NCBI GenBank assembly: GCA_963728945.1
Contig: CAVSMA010000002.1
Location: forward strand, 1,776,243-1,840,242
Source: an uncultured Actinomycetota bacterium
GTDB lineage: Bacteria; Actinomycetota; Actinomycetes; Mycobacteriales; CADCTP01
DNA: 64,000 bases
Direction of reading: 5' to 3'
The notes under the pieces: generated by a model
The model's input: the letters and a program-made list of their open reading frames with translations, nothing else
What the model was told of the DNA's origin: nothing
Database searches by the model: none
In this document: in pieces, positions 20,908 to 32,658 of the stretch
Position numbering within the stretch: the first letter of the stretch is position 1
Layout: each line of letters begins with the position of its first letter
Translations under genes and position numbers: made by a program

Positions 20908-21355
20908 CCGGTGCCCGGAGGCCCTCGACGCCGCCCTGCTCGCCGAGGCGGTCGAGCTGTCCCGGCTCAGCCCGCCGAGCCCGGCCGCGTACGCGGTGGG
21001 CGCGGTCGTCGTCGGGGCCGGGCCGGGCGCACCGCGCTCGGTCGGCTGGTCCCGCCGGGACGACCCGCTCGACCACGCCGAGGAGGTCGCGCTCGCGGCG
21101 TTCCCCGGCGACCCGGCCGGCGGCACGCTCTACAGCTCGCTGGAACCGTGCTCGCGCCGCCGCTCCCGCCGGCAGACCTGCACCGAGCTGATCCTCGCGG
21201 CGGGCATCGCCCGGGTGGTGTTCGCGCTGCGGGAGCCGCCGCTGTTCGCCGACTGCGACGGGGCCGAGCTGCTCGCCGGTGCCGGCGTCGAGGTGGTCGA
21301 GCTGCCGGCGCTGGCCGCGGCGGTCCGGGCCGTCAACGCCCACCTGCTGTGCTAG
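20897..21355 (+). CDS. Zn-dependent deaminase (RibD N-terminal / dCMP deaminase-like)
   Basis: HAE and YSSLEPC(x8)C motifs; overlaps the reductase stop. Confidence 0.85.
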   Translation: MRSDRCPEALDAALLAEAVELSRLSPPSPAAYAVGAVVVGAGPGAPRSVGWSRRDDPLDHAEEVALAAFPGDPAGGTLYSSLEPCSRRRSRRQTCTELILAAGIARVVFALREPPLFADCDGAELLAGAGVEVVELPALAAAVRAVNAHLLC

Positions 21356-21435
21356 TGCAGACCCGCCCCGGCACCGTCCGAACGCGACGGAGCGGCCGGT
21401 CCACTGTGGACCGGGCCGCTCCGTAGGGCTGATTC

Positions 21436-23816
<2,381 letters not shown>

Positions 23817-23818
23817 CG

Positions 23819-25486
23819 TCAGCTCCGGCGCTCGCCCGCCGCGGAGACCTGCGGCTGGCGGTAACGGGTCACCTTCTCCTGCCCGACCTCGTCGGCCTCC
23901 ATCGCCTCGACCTCGGGCTCGTTGACGATCAGCTGCTTGCCCTCCGAGGTCTGGTATTGGTGCTTGAACTGCTCGATGGCCCGCTTGAGCGCCTCGACCG
24001 TGTCGTCCTCCAGCTTGCCGGTCTGCAGGATCGCGTCGTAGATGCCGGCGTGGTTGTGGCCGACGTAGTCCAGGAACTCCCGCTCGAACTTGCGGATCTC
24101 GCTGACCGGGACGACGTCGAGCTCGCCGCTGGTGCCGGCCCAGATCGACACGACCTGCCGCTCCACCGGGAACGGCGAGTATTGCGGCTGCTTGAGCAGC
24201 TCGACCAGCCGTGACCCGCGGGCCAGCTGGTCCTGGGAGGCCTGGTCGAGGTCGGAACCGAACGCCGAGAACGCCTCGAGCTCGCGGTATTGCGCGAGGT
24301 TGAGCCGCAGCGAGCCGGCGACGGTCCGCATCGCCCGCAGCTGCGCGTTGCCGCCGACCCGGGAGACCGAGACGCCGACGTTGATGGCCGGGCGGACACC
24401 GGCGTTGAACAGCCCGGTCTCCAGGAAGATCTGGCCGTCGGTGATCGAGATGACGTTGGTCGGGATGTATGCCGAGATGTCGTTGCCGCGCGTCTCGATG
24501 ATCGGGAAGCCGGTCATCGAGCCGCCGCCGAGGTCGTCGGAGAGCTTGGCGCACCGCTCGAGCAGCCGGGAGTGCAGGTAGAACACGTCGCCCGGGTAGG
24601 CCTCGCGGCCCGGCGGCCGGCGCAGCAGCAGCGAGATCGCCCGGTAGGCCTCGGCCTGCTTGGACAGGTCGTCGAAGACGATCAGCACGTGCTTGCCGCT
24701 GTACATCCAGTGCTGGCCGATGGCCGAGCCGGTGTACGGAGCCAGGTATTTGAAGCCGGAGGCGTCCGAGGCGGGGGCGGCGACGATCGTGGTGTAGTCC
24801 ATCGCACCCTTCTCCTCGAGCGTCGCGCGCAGCGCGGCGATCGTGGAGCCCTTCTGCCCGATCGCGACGTAGATGCAGCGCACCTGCTGCTTCGGGTCGC
24901 CGCTGGCCCAGTTGGCCTTCTGGTTGAGGATCGTGTCGATCGCGATCGTCGTCTTGCCGGTCTGCCGGTCGCCGATGATCAGCTGGCGCTGGCCGCGGCC
25001 GATCGCGGTCATCGCGTCGATCGCCTTGATGCCGGTCTGCAGCGGCTCCTTCACCGGCTGCCGCTGCACCACGCTCGGCGCCTGCAGCTCCAGCGGCCGG
25101 CGGGCCTCCTCCCGGATCTCCCCGAGCCCGTCGATCGGCTGCCCCAACGGGTCGATCACCCGGCCGAGGAAGCCGTCGCCGACCGGCACCGAGAGGATGT
25201 CGCCGGTGCGGCGCACGGTCTGGCCCTCGTCGATGCCCTGCTGGTCGCCGAGGATGACCACGCCGATCTCGCGGACGTCCAGGGTCTGGGCAAGGCCCAG
25301 CGTGCCGTCCTCGAACCGGAGCAGCTCGTTGGTCATCGCCGAGGGCAGGCCCTCGACGCGGGCGATGCCGTCACCGGTCTCGGCGACCGTGCCGACCTCC
25401 TCGCGGGAGACCTCCGGCGAGTAGGACGCGACGTAGTCGTCCAGCGCGGCGCGGATCTCGTCCGCGGAGATCGTCAGCTCAGCCAT
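23819..25486 (-). CDS. atpA: ATP synthase alpha subunit
   Basis: GDRQTGKT and [21 protein letters not shown]. Confidence 0.99.
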   Translation of the reverse strand: MAELTISADEIRAALDDYVASYSPEVSREEVGTVAETGDGIARVEGLPSAMTNELLRFEDGTLGLAQTLDVREIGVVILGDQQGIDEGQTVRRTGDILSVPVGDGFLGRVIDPLGQPIDGLGEIREEARRPLELQAPSVVQRQPVKEPLQTGIKAIDAMTAIGRGQRQLIIGDRQTGKTTIAIDTILNQKANWASGDPKQQVRCIYVAIGQKGSTIAALRATLEEKGAMDYTTIVAAPASDASGFKYLAPYTGSAIGQHWMYSGKHVLIVFDDLSKQAEAYRAISLLLRRPPGREAYPGDVFYLHSRLLERCAKLSDDLGGGSMTGFPIIETRGNDISAYIPTNVISITDGQIFLETGLFNAGVRPAINVGVSVSRVGGNAQLRAMRTVAGSLRLNLAQYRELEAFSAFGSDLDQASQDQLARGSRLVELLKQPQYSPFPVERQVVSIWAGTSGELDVVPVSEIRKFEREFLDYVGHNHAGIYDAILQTGKLEDDTVEALKRAIEQFKHQYQTSEGKQLIVNEPEVEAMEADEVGQEKVTRYRQPQVSAAGERRS

Positions 25487-25565
25487 TGCCTGCACCCCTG
25501 CATTCGCTGTTCGTCAATGGTCCCAGTGTCCATGCCGGTCCGGAAGGCGCGCATCACGGCGACCC

Positions 25566-26393
25566 CTACCCGGTCATCCGGTGCCGGATCGCGTCCAGCC
25601 GGGACGCCACGCTGCCGTCGATGACCTCGTCGTTCACCCGGACGACCAGGCCGCCGAGCAGCGCCGGGTCGACCGTGACCTGCAGCGAGATCTGCCGCCC
25701 GTAGACCCGGGCCAGGGCCGCGGCGAGCCGGCGCTCCTGCTGGTCGGTCAGCGCCGCGGGCGCGGTCACGTACGCCACGTACCGCTCGCGGCGGGCGGCC
25801 GCGAGCTCGACCAGCTCCGTCACCGCCCGCTCGAGGCCGTGCCCGCGCGGGGCCCGGACGGCGTGCTCGAGCAGCTGCCGGGTCGTGCCGTCGACCCGCT
25901 CACCGACCAGCCGGTCCAGCAGGCCGACCTTGCGGTCGGTCGGTGCCAGCGGGTCCTCCAGCGCGAGCAGCAGGCGCGGCTCGCCGTCGAGGATCCGGCC
26001 GAACCGGAACAGCTGGTCCTCGACGTCGTCGAGGGTGCCGGCGCGCTCGGCGATGCCGAGCACGGCCCGGCGGCTGAGCGCCTGCACGGCGTCGGCCAGG
26101 TCGCCGGGACGGGACCAGCGCTCGCGCACCAGCGGCCGGAGCAGCTCAAGGGCCTGCGCGTCGAGTTGGCTGCCGAGCAGGCGGTCGAACAGGGCCTGCC
26201 GGCGGTCCGGGTCGGCCGAGGGGTCGGCCAGCGCGCGGCGCAGGCCGGCCTCGCGGTCGAGCAGCTCGGTCACCGCGAACAGCTGGTCGGCCAGCGGGCC
26301 GAGCTGATCAGCGCGCGAGCGGTCGATGATGCCGTCGAGGGCGTCGATCCCGGCGGCCAGGGTCTCCCGGCTGGCCGCCCCGGGACCGGTCAT
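25566..26393 (-). CDS. atpH: ATP synthase delta subunit (actinobacterial long form)
   Basis: LRRALADP, RWS and VDPALLGGLVVRVNDEVIDGSV; TGATG overlap with atpF. Confidence 0.95.
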   Translation of the reverse strand: MTGPGAASRETLAAGIDALDGIIDRSRADQLGPLADQLFAVTELLDREAGLRRALADPSADPDRRQALFDRLLGSQLDAQALELLRPLVRERWSRPGDLADAVQALSRRAVLGIAERAGTLDDVEDQLFRFGRILDGEPRLLLALEDPLAPTDRKVGLLDRLVGERVDGTTRQLLEHAVRAPRGHGLERAVTELVELAAARRERYVAYVTAPAALTDQQERRLAAALARVYGRQISLQVTVDPALLGGLVVRVNDEVIDGSVASRLDAIRHRMTG

Positions 26394-27481
26394 CACCGGC
26401 GGCGGCGGGAACGCCCGCCGCCCCCGGGGCCGCCGGAGCCGTCCTGCCCCGAACCACCGGACCCGCCCGCCGAACCACCGGACCCGCCCGCCGAACCACC
26501 GGACCCGCCCGCCGAACCACCGGACCCGCCGGGGGCCGAGCGGCCCGAATCCGACGCGCCGCCACCGGACCCGCCGGACCCGCCGGCCGCGCCGAGGCCG
26601 GAGCCGCCGGCGTTGGTCGCGCCGGCACCGGAGCCGCCGGAGCTGGGGCCGGGCGGGAACCCGGTCTGGCCCGCGCCGGTCGGCCCACCACCTGGTCCGA
26701 CACCGCCGTCCGAGCCACCGCCACCAGGACCACCGCTCGACGCCCCGCCGCTCGACGTCCCACCGCCGGCCGGGCTGCCGGGGGTGTCGCCGGTCGACGT
26801 GGCGCCCGACGTGCCACCGCCGGCTGAACCGCCGTCCGTGCCGCCGCCGTCCCTCGTGCCGCCGCCGTCCCTCGTGCCGCCGCCGTCCCTGCCGGCGGCC
26901 CCGGTCGTCGCGCCGCCGGCACCGACGCCGGCCGGAACGGACTGGGACATGCCGTCGAGATCGTCGAGGAACCGGTCGATCGTCCGCTGCCGCGCCGGGT
27001 CGTCGGCGAGCGTCTCGCCCACGATCCGCTCGGCCAGCCCGGTGGCCAGCGAGCCGATCTCCCCGCGCAGCTCCCGCACGACCTGCTGCCGCTGCATGGT
27101 CAGCTGTTCCTCGCCGCGGGCGACGATCCGGGCCGACTCCTCCTGCGCGGTGGTCCGCATCTCCTCGATGATCCGCTGGCCCTCGGCCCTGGCGTTGTCC
27201 CGGATCTGCGCCGCCTCGGTGCGCGCCTCGGACAGTTGCTGGCGGTATTCGGTCAGCAGCCGCTGCGCGTCGGCCTGCGCTTCCTCGGCCCGCTTGATGC
27301 CGCCTTCGATCGCGTCGCGGCGGACCTGGAAGGTCGCCTCCATCCGCGGCCAGGCGTACTTCATCAGCACGAAGACCACGATGCCGAACGTGAGCAGGCC
27401 GATGATCAGCTCGCCGCCGGCGGGGATGACCGGGTTGGGACCGGACTCTTCGGCCGGTACCGCTAGGTGGAGCGGCAGCAT
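26393..27481 (-). CDS. atpF: ATP synthase b subunit with long Gly/Ser-rich C-terminal extension
   Basis: NPVIP, TM helix, RRDAIEGG, YRQQLSEARTEA and LAERIVGE...DRFLDDL, then ~185 aa low-complexity tail. Confidence 0.92.
   Translation of the reverse strand: MLPLHLAVPAEESGPNPVIPAGGELIIGLLTFGIVVFVLMKYAWPRMEATFQVRRDAIEGGIKRAEEAQADAQRLLTEYRQQLSEARTEAAQIRDNARAEGQRIIEEMRTTAQEESARIVARGEEQLTMQRQQVVRELRGEIGSLATGLAERIVGETLADDPARQRTIDRFLDDLDGMSQSVPAGVGAGGATTGAAGRDGGGTRDGGGTRDGGGTDGGSAGGGTSGATSTGDTPGSPAGGGTSSGGASSGGPGGGGSDGGVGPGGGPTGAGQTGFPPGPSSGGSGAGATNAGGSGLGAAGGSGGSGGGASDSGRSAPGGSGGSAGGSGGSAGGSGGSAGGSGGSGQDGSGGPGGGGRSRRRR
26449..26530. repeat. 21-bp tandem repeat (CCGAACCACCGGACCCGCCCG, ~4 copies) encoding GGSGGSA in the atpF tail
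   Basis: Units start at 26449, 26470, 26491 and 26512. Confidence 0.9.
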
Positions 27482-27506
27482 CGCGGGACTCCCTCGCGCC
27501 GGTTGG

Positions 27507-27731
27507 TCAGGTGATGATGAACGGGACCACGAAGCCCAGGATCGCCAGCGCCTCGGACAGCGCGAAGCCGAGGAACAGGTAGGTCCTGGTCAGTGTGGCC
27601 GACTCGGGCTGCCGGGCGGTGGCCTGGATGTATGCGGCGAACACGATGCCGACGCCGATACCGGGGCCGATGGCCGACAGGCCGTATCCGACGGTCCCGA
27701 TGTTGCCACTCAGTTCAGCGAGAACGGACAC
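27507..27731 (-). CDS. atpE: ATP synthase c subunit
   Basis: GLSAIGPGIGVG, ARQPE and FALSEAL (H+-carrying Glu). Confidence 0.97.
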   Translation of the reverse strand: MSVLAELSGNIGTVGYGLSAIGPGIGVGIVFAAYIQATARQPESATLTRTYLFLGFALSEALAILGFVVPFIIT

Positions 27732-27798
27732 GGATGGGTCTCCTCCTTGAGGTCGCGTGAGCCCCGCTCACGCGGACGGACGGGGCGAGGCGGCGGCC

Positions 27799-28620
27799 TC
27801 AGTGCGCCTCCTCCATGGCGCCGGCTATGTACGCCGAGGTGAGGACCACGAAGACGTACGCCTGCAGCACCTGGACCAGCAGTTCGAAGAACGTCATGAC
27901 GACCGACATCGCGAACGACACCGGTGCGAAGATCACCGAGAAGTTCCCGACGGTGAACAGGTAGACGGTGCCGGCCGCGAAGATCGCCAGCAGCAGGTGC
28001 CCGGCGAGCATGTTGGCGAACAGCCGGACCGAGAGCGTGAACGGGCGGAACACGAACGTCGAGGCGAACTCGATGGGCGTGACCAGCACGTAGAGCGGCT
28101 TGGGCACGCCGGCGGGGAACAGGTTGTTCTTGAAGTACGGCCCGACGCCCTGCTGCCGGATGCCGACCCAGTTGAACAGGACGTAGGTGATCGTGGCCAG
28201 CACCACGGGGAACGCGAACCGCCCCGTCGGCGGGATCTGCGCAAAGGGGATGATCCCCATGATGTTGTTGATCACGATGAAGAAGAACAGCGAGGCCAGG
28301 TAGGGCGCGAACCGCAGTCCCTCGGTGCCGATGACCTCGCGCGCGACGCCGTCGCGGATGATCGAGTAGCCCGACTCCGCGAAGTATTGCCGCTTGCCCG
28401 GGACCAGCTGCATGTTGCGGGTGGCCGCGATGAAGAACCACACCATCACCGCGGTCGCGATCCACAGGATCACGGTGATCCGGGTGATCGCGAAGTGCAC
28501 CCCGAACAGGTCGAAGGTCGCCAGCGGCTTGGGGAAGAACTCGAGAACGCTGGGTGCGCAGAAGCCGGGGTCGTTAGGCGGGCACTCCGAGGCGAGGACG
28601 ACGCTTGCGCTCACGGGCAC
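27799..28620 (-). CDS. atpB: ATP synthase a subunit
   Basis: RPFTLSVRLFANMLAGH and LQAYVFVVLTSAYI. Confidence 0.98.
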   Translation of the reverse strand: MPVSASVVLASECPPNDPGFCAPSVLEFFPKPLATFDLFGVHFAITRITVILWIATAVMVWFFIAATRNMQLVPGKRQYFAESGYSIIRDGVAREVIGTEGLRFAPYLASLFFFIVINNIMGIIPFAQIPPTGRFAFPVVLATITYVLFNWVGIRQQGVGPYFKNNLFPAGVPKPLYVLVTPIEFASTFVFRPFTLSVRLFANMLAGHLLLAIFAAGTVYLFTVGNFSVIFAPVSFAMSVVMTFFELLVQVLQAYVFVVLTSAYIAGAMEEAH

Positions 28621-28665
28621 TCCCCTCTCACTCGGTCCGGCGGTGCTTGTGACCCTGGGTGCCGA

Positions 28666-28878
28666 TCACCCGGCCTTGCCGTACTTGACGACGACCAGGT
28701 AGATCGCCGTGGCCAGGCCGACGAGGACACCGATCGCCTTCACGAACGTGGTATCCAGCCAGAGATCGATCAACCATCCGATCCCGCCCCAGACGACCAC
28801 ACCGGCGAACAGCGTCCCGACGACGGCCCAGCCTTCGTCTGCACCGGACATACCTGAGGGCTGACGTCCGTCGGTCAT
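28666..28878 (-). CDS. AtpZ/AtpI-family small membrane protein
   Basis: GWAVVGTLFAGVVVWGGIGWLIDLWL pattern; 2 TM; directly upstream of atpB. Confidence 0.8.
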   Translation of the reverse strand: MTDGRQPSGMSGADEGWAVVGTLFAGVVVWGGIGWLIDLWLDTTFVKAIGVLVGLATAIYLVVVKYGKAG

Positions 28879-28964
28879 GGCAGGCGTACGTTATCAGCCG
28901 GCATCCCGCCGCCCGGGACCCGCCCCCCGCCAACATTCGGCAAAGGATCTGGGATAATGCCCGG

Positions 28965-29555
28965 TCAGCGAGGCGGCGGATCGACGTAGTAGAGCTGGGC
29001 CGTCCAGACCCGGCGGGCGTGTACGACGGTCCAGGCGACCGTCCCGATCGCGATCGCCAGCCCGAACGGCTTCCGGTCCACCCACGGCTCGTCGCGCAGC
29101 GCCACCAGCAGCACGCCGAGCAGCCCGATCTTGAGTACGTACGTGCCGAGCGCGACCGGCAGCGTGAGCGAGTCGGACACCCGCCCGGCCGCCGCGACCG
29201 CGTACGCGCCGACCGAGAAGAAGGCGGCGACGATCGCGAGCCCGGCCAGCACCCAGACTGCGCCCCGGCCGTCGCGCAGCAGCCAGGTGAGCGGGACGCC
29301 GACGACCGCGAGCACACCGGTGGTGAGCAGCCCGTACCTGACGTGGGACAGGTCCCAACCCACGGGGGGCACGCCCCCCGTGTTCCCCCCGGTCCGGGGA
29401 GCCGCCACGGGTGAGCCCGCCGTGGCCGAACCGACCGTCCGTTCCCCTGTCCCGGATGCGGGCGCGGGCGAACCGACCGTCCCCTCCCCGGCATCCGGAC
29501 ACGCCGGGCGACCGTCGGCGGGAGCGTCCCCCGGCTCCTCCGGCGGCGCGGTCAT
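28965..29555 (-). CDS. ATP synthase protein I-like membrane protein
   Basis: Four TM segments, TYVLKIGLL and C-terminal LYYVDP; extended repetitive N-terminus. Confidence 0.75.
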   Translation of the reverse strand: MTAPPEEPGDAPADGRPACPDAGEGTVGSPAPASGTGERTVGSATAGSPVAAPRTGGNTGGVPPVGWDLSHVRYGLLTTGVLAVVGVPLTWLLRDGRGAVWVLAGLAIVAAFFSVGAYAVAAAGRVSDSLTLPVALGTYVLKIGLLGVLLVALRDEPWVDRKPFGLAIAIGTVAWTVVHARRVWTAQLYYVDPPPR

Positions 29556-30670
29556 GGCACCCGCCTGGACGCGCGCAGCCGCGGCACGCTGGACAGCACG
29601 ATCGCGATCGCGGCCAGCGCCGCGACCACCGACAGCACCCGCAGCGGGTCATCGATGATCGACATCGCGACCCCGCCGAAGGCCAGCAGCGCCGACCAGA
29701 AGTAGATCAGCAGCACGGCCCGGCGCTGGGTGTGCCCGATCTCCAGCAGCCGGTGGTGCAGGTGCAGCTTGTCCGGCGAGAACGGCGACCGCCCGGCCTT
29801 GACCCGCCGGACCACCGCCATGACCAGGTCGACCAGCGGGACCGCCAGCACCACCAGCGGCAGCAGGAACGGCAGGTACATCGGCAGCGTGTCGGTCGCC
29901 GAGGTCGCGAACTGCTGCGAGTCGGCGGTGCTGGACGCCGTCACCGCGGACGCGGCCAGGGTCAGCCCGATGAGCATCGAGCCGGAGTCACCCATGAAGA
30001 TCCGGGCCGGCGAGAAGTTGTGCGGCAGGAAGCCGAGGCATGCCCCGGCCAGCACGGCGGTGAGCAGCGACGGCGCGAACGCGACGTCGCCGTAGCCCTC
30101 CCGGGCCAGGTGATAGGAGTAGGCGAAGAAGGCCAGCGCGGAGATCGCGGACACGCCGGCGGCCAGCCCGTCCAGCCCGTCGATGAAGTTGATCGCGTTG
30201 ATCGTGAGCAGGCAGATCACCACGGTCAGGCCGACCGAGTCGTTGCGGGCGAACGACAGCGTGCCGATGTTGCCGAACGGGACGTAGAGCACCAGCAGCT
30301 GCACGCCGAGCAGCACCATCACGCCGGCCGCGAACACCTGTCCGGCCAGCTTGGTCAGCGAGTCGAGCTCCCAGCGGTCGTCGACCACGCCGAGCAGGCA
30401 GATGATCCCGCCGGCGACGAGCAGCGCGGTCGTCTCCGAGCCGGTGTCGTACGTGCGGCGCAGCGTCGGCATGAGGTGCGCGACGAGCAGCGCCACCGCC
30501 ATGCCGCCGAACATCGCGACCCCGCCGAGCCGCGGGGTCGGGATCGCGTGCACGTCCCGGTCGCGCGGGCGGGCAACCGCCCCCCAGCGCCGGGCCACCA
30601 CCCGCACCACGGGGGTGAGCAGGAACGTCACCGCCGCCGCGATGCAGCAGACCAGCGCGTACTCGCGCAT
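29552..30670 (-). CDS. rfe: Undecaprenyl-phosphate GlcNAc-1-phosphate transferase (WecA/Rfe, MraY family)
   Basis: PRLGG, NAINFIDGLDGL, IFMGDSG and DKLHLHHRL. Confidence 0.93.
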   Translation of the reverse strand: MREYALVCCIAAAVTFLLTPVVRVVARRWGAVARPRDRDVHAIPTPRLGGVAMFGGMAVALLVAHLMPTLRRTYDTGSETTALLVAGGIICLLGVVDDRWELDSLTKLAGQVFAAGVMVLLGVQLLVLYVPFGNIGTLSFARNDSVGLTVVICLLTINAINFIDGLDGLAAGVSAISALAFFAYSYHLAREGYGDVAFAPSLLTAVLAGACLGFLPHNFSPARIFMGDSGSMLIGLTLAASAVTASSTADSQQFATSATDTLPMYLPFLLPLVVLAVPLVDLVMAVVRRVKAGRSPFSPDKLHLHHRLLEIGHTQRRAVLLIYFWSALLAFGGVAMSIIDDPLRVLSVVAALAAIAIVLSSVPRLRASRRVP

Positions 30671-30679
30671 CCGTGAAGG

Positions 30680-31942
30680 CTAGCCCCGCGGGTACGCCGG
30701 GTGGGCGTGGACGAGCGCGTCCACGCCCGCGGCGATCTCGGCCGTCGCCTCCGGGTCCCGCACCGCGCGGCCGATCAGCGCCGCGATCTCCTTGGCGTCG
30801 CCCTCGGTCATGCCCTGGGTGGTGATCGCCGGGGTGCCGACCCGGATGCCGGAGGCGGTCATCGGCGGCTGGGGGTCGTACGGGATCGCGTTCTTGTTCA
30901 GCGTGATCCGGGCGGCGTCGCAGCGGGCCTCCGCCTCCTTGCCGGTCACGCCGGCGCCGCGCAGGTCGATGAGCGCCAGGTGGGTGTCGGTGCCGCCGGA
31001 GACCGGCCGCATGCCCTCGGCCGCCAGCCCCGCGGCCAGCGCCTGCGCGTTGGCGATGACCTGCCGCGCGTAGGTCTGGTACGCCGGCTGCATGGCCTCC
31101 TTGAGCGCCACCGCCTTGGCCGCCACCGAGTGCATCAGCGGGCCGCCCTGGGTGAACGGGAAGACCGCCTTGTCGATCGCCTTCGCCATGTCTTCCCGGC
31201 AGACGATCATGCCGCCGCGCGGGCCGCGCAGCACCTTGTGCGTGGTGAAGGTGACGACGTCCGCGTACGGCACCGGGGACGGGATCGCCTTGCCGGCGAC
31301 CAGGCCGATGAAGTGGGCCGCGTCGACCACGAGCTTGGCGTCGACCTCGTCGGCGATGCTGCGGAAGGCGGCGAAGTCGATCAGTCGCGGGTAGGCCGTG
31401 GCGCCGCAGATGATCATCTTCGGCCGGTGCTCCCGGGCCAGGTCGCGCACCTCGTCGTAGTCGATCAGCTCGGAGTCCTCGCGCACGCCGTAGGACACCA
31501 TCGTGAACCACTTGCCGGAGAAGTTGACCTTGGAGCCGTGCGTCAGGTGGCCGCCGTGGGGCAGCGACATCGCGAGCACCGTGTCGCCGGGCTGGCAGAT
31601 CGCCGCGTATGCCGCGAGGTTCGCGCTGGCGCCCGAGTGCGGCTGCAGGTTGGCGTGCTCGGCGCCGAACAGCTCCTTGGCCCGGGCGATGCCGATCTCC
31701 TCGGCCTGGTCGACGACCTGGCAACCACCGTAGTAACGGCGGCCCGGGTATCCCTCGGCATACTTGTTCGACAGCGTCGAGCCGAGCGCGGCCAGCACCG
31801 CGGGCGAGGTGAAGTTTTCGCTGGCGATCAGTTGCAGGCCGCTGCGCAGCCGGTCAAGCTCGCCGAGCACCACGCCGGCGATCTCGGGATCCTCCGCCTG
31901 CAGAGCATCGAAATCGGGCCCCCAGAAGGGCGTGCTGCTCAT
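30680..31942 (-). CDS. glyA: Serine hydroxymethyltransferase
   Basis: LIASENF, NKYAEGYPGRRYYGG and TTHKVLRGPRGG. Confidence 0.98.
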   Translation of the reverse strand: MSSTPFWGPDFDALQAEDPEIAGVVLGELDRLRSGLQLIASENFTSPAVLAALGSTLSNKYAEGYPGRRYYGGCQVVDQAEEIGIARAKELFGAEHANLQPHSGASANLAAYAAICQPGDTVLAMSLPHGGHLTHGSKVNFSGKWFTMVSYGVREDSELIDYDEVRDLAREHRPKMIICGATAYPRLIDFAAFRSIADEVDAKLVVDAAHFIGLVAGKAIPSPVPYADVVTFTTHKVLRGPRGGMIVCREDMAKAIDKAVFPFTQGGPLMHSVAAKAVALKEAMQPAYQTYARQVIANAQALAAGLAAEGMRPVSGGTDTHLALIDLRGAGVTGKEAEARCDAARITLNKNAIPYDPQPPMTASGIRVGTPAITTQGMTEGDAKEIAALIGRAVRDPEATAEIAAGVDALVHAHPAYPRG

Positions 31943-32637
31943 CGGACGACTCCTCGCGCGGTTCGGTGGCGGCTCCACTGTAGGGCCCGGACGACACCGG
32001 GGACCCTATCCCGGCGGCCCCGGCGAGCCGGCGCCGGTCCCGCGACGGCGTCCAGCAGGAACTCGACCCAGAGCGCCGTCTGGCCCACCATGTCCCGCTG
32101 CGCCGGGTCGTTGTCGGTCGGGTCGTCCAGGTCGTAGGCATCGGAGACGTACGGCATGCCGGGTCGCAGCCGCTGCTCGCGCAGCGTGCTGGCCCGGTCG
32201 ACCAGCGCCCGCAGCCGCTGGCCGGCGGAGCGGGCGGGCAGGTCGTCCGCCGGGATGGCCTCGGTCAGCCGGACCAGCTCGCCGAGGGTGAAGGCGCGGT
32301 GCCGGGAGGCCAGCTGGAACCGCCACACCGCCCGGACGTGCTCGGCGGTCGACCCGATGAGCAGGTCGGCGCCGGCCACCGCCTCCGGGGTCAGCCGGGT
32401 GGACCGGGCGGCGGCCACGTCGGCCGGGGGGACGCCGGCCCGGCGCAGCGCGTCGGCCGTGCCCGGCTCGACCGGCCGGTCGGGGCTGGCCCAGGTGCCG
32501 GCGCTGGCCACCACGATCTCCGCGCCGGCCGCCGCGCCCAGCCTGGCCCGCAGGCCGGCCCGCAGCAGCAGCGCCGCCGCGGGCGAACGGCAGACGTTCG
32601 CGGTGCAGACGCAGAGGACGTGTGCTGGGTCGCCCAT
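31939..32637 (-). CDS. Low-molecular-weight phosphatase / arsenate reductase family protein
   Basis: CTANVCRS P-loop, FTLGEL and DLDDP; ATGA overlap with glyA. Confidence 0.85.
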   Translation of the reverse strand: MGDPAHVLCVCTANVCRSPAAALLLRAGLRARLGAAAGAEIVVASAGTWASPDRPVEPGTADALRRAGVPPADVAAARSTRLTPEAVAGADLLIGSTAEHVRAVWRFQLASRHRAFTLGELVRLTEAIPADDLPARSAGQRLRALVDRASTLREQRLRPGMPYVSDAYDLDDPTDNDPAQRDMVGQTALWVEFLLDAVAGPAPARRGRRDRVPGVVRALQWSRHRTARGVVR

Positions 32638-32658
32638 CGGCTCAGGTTACGTCGGAAA

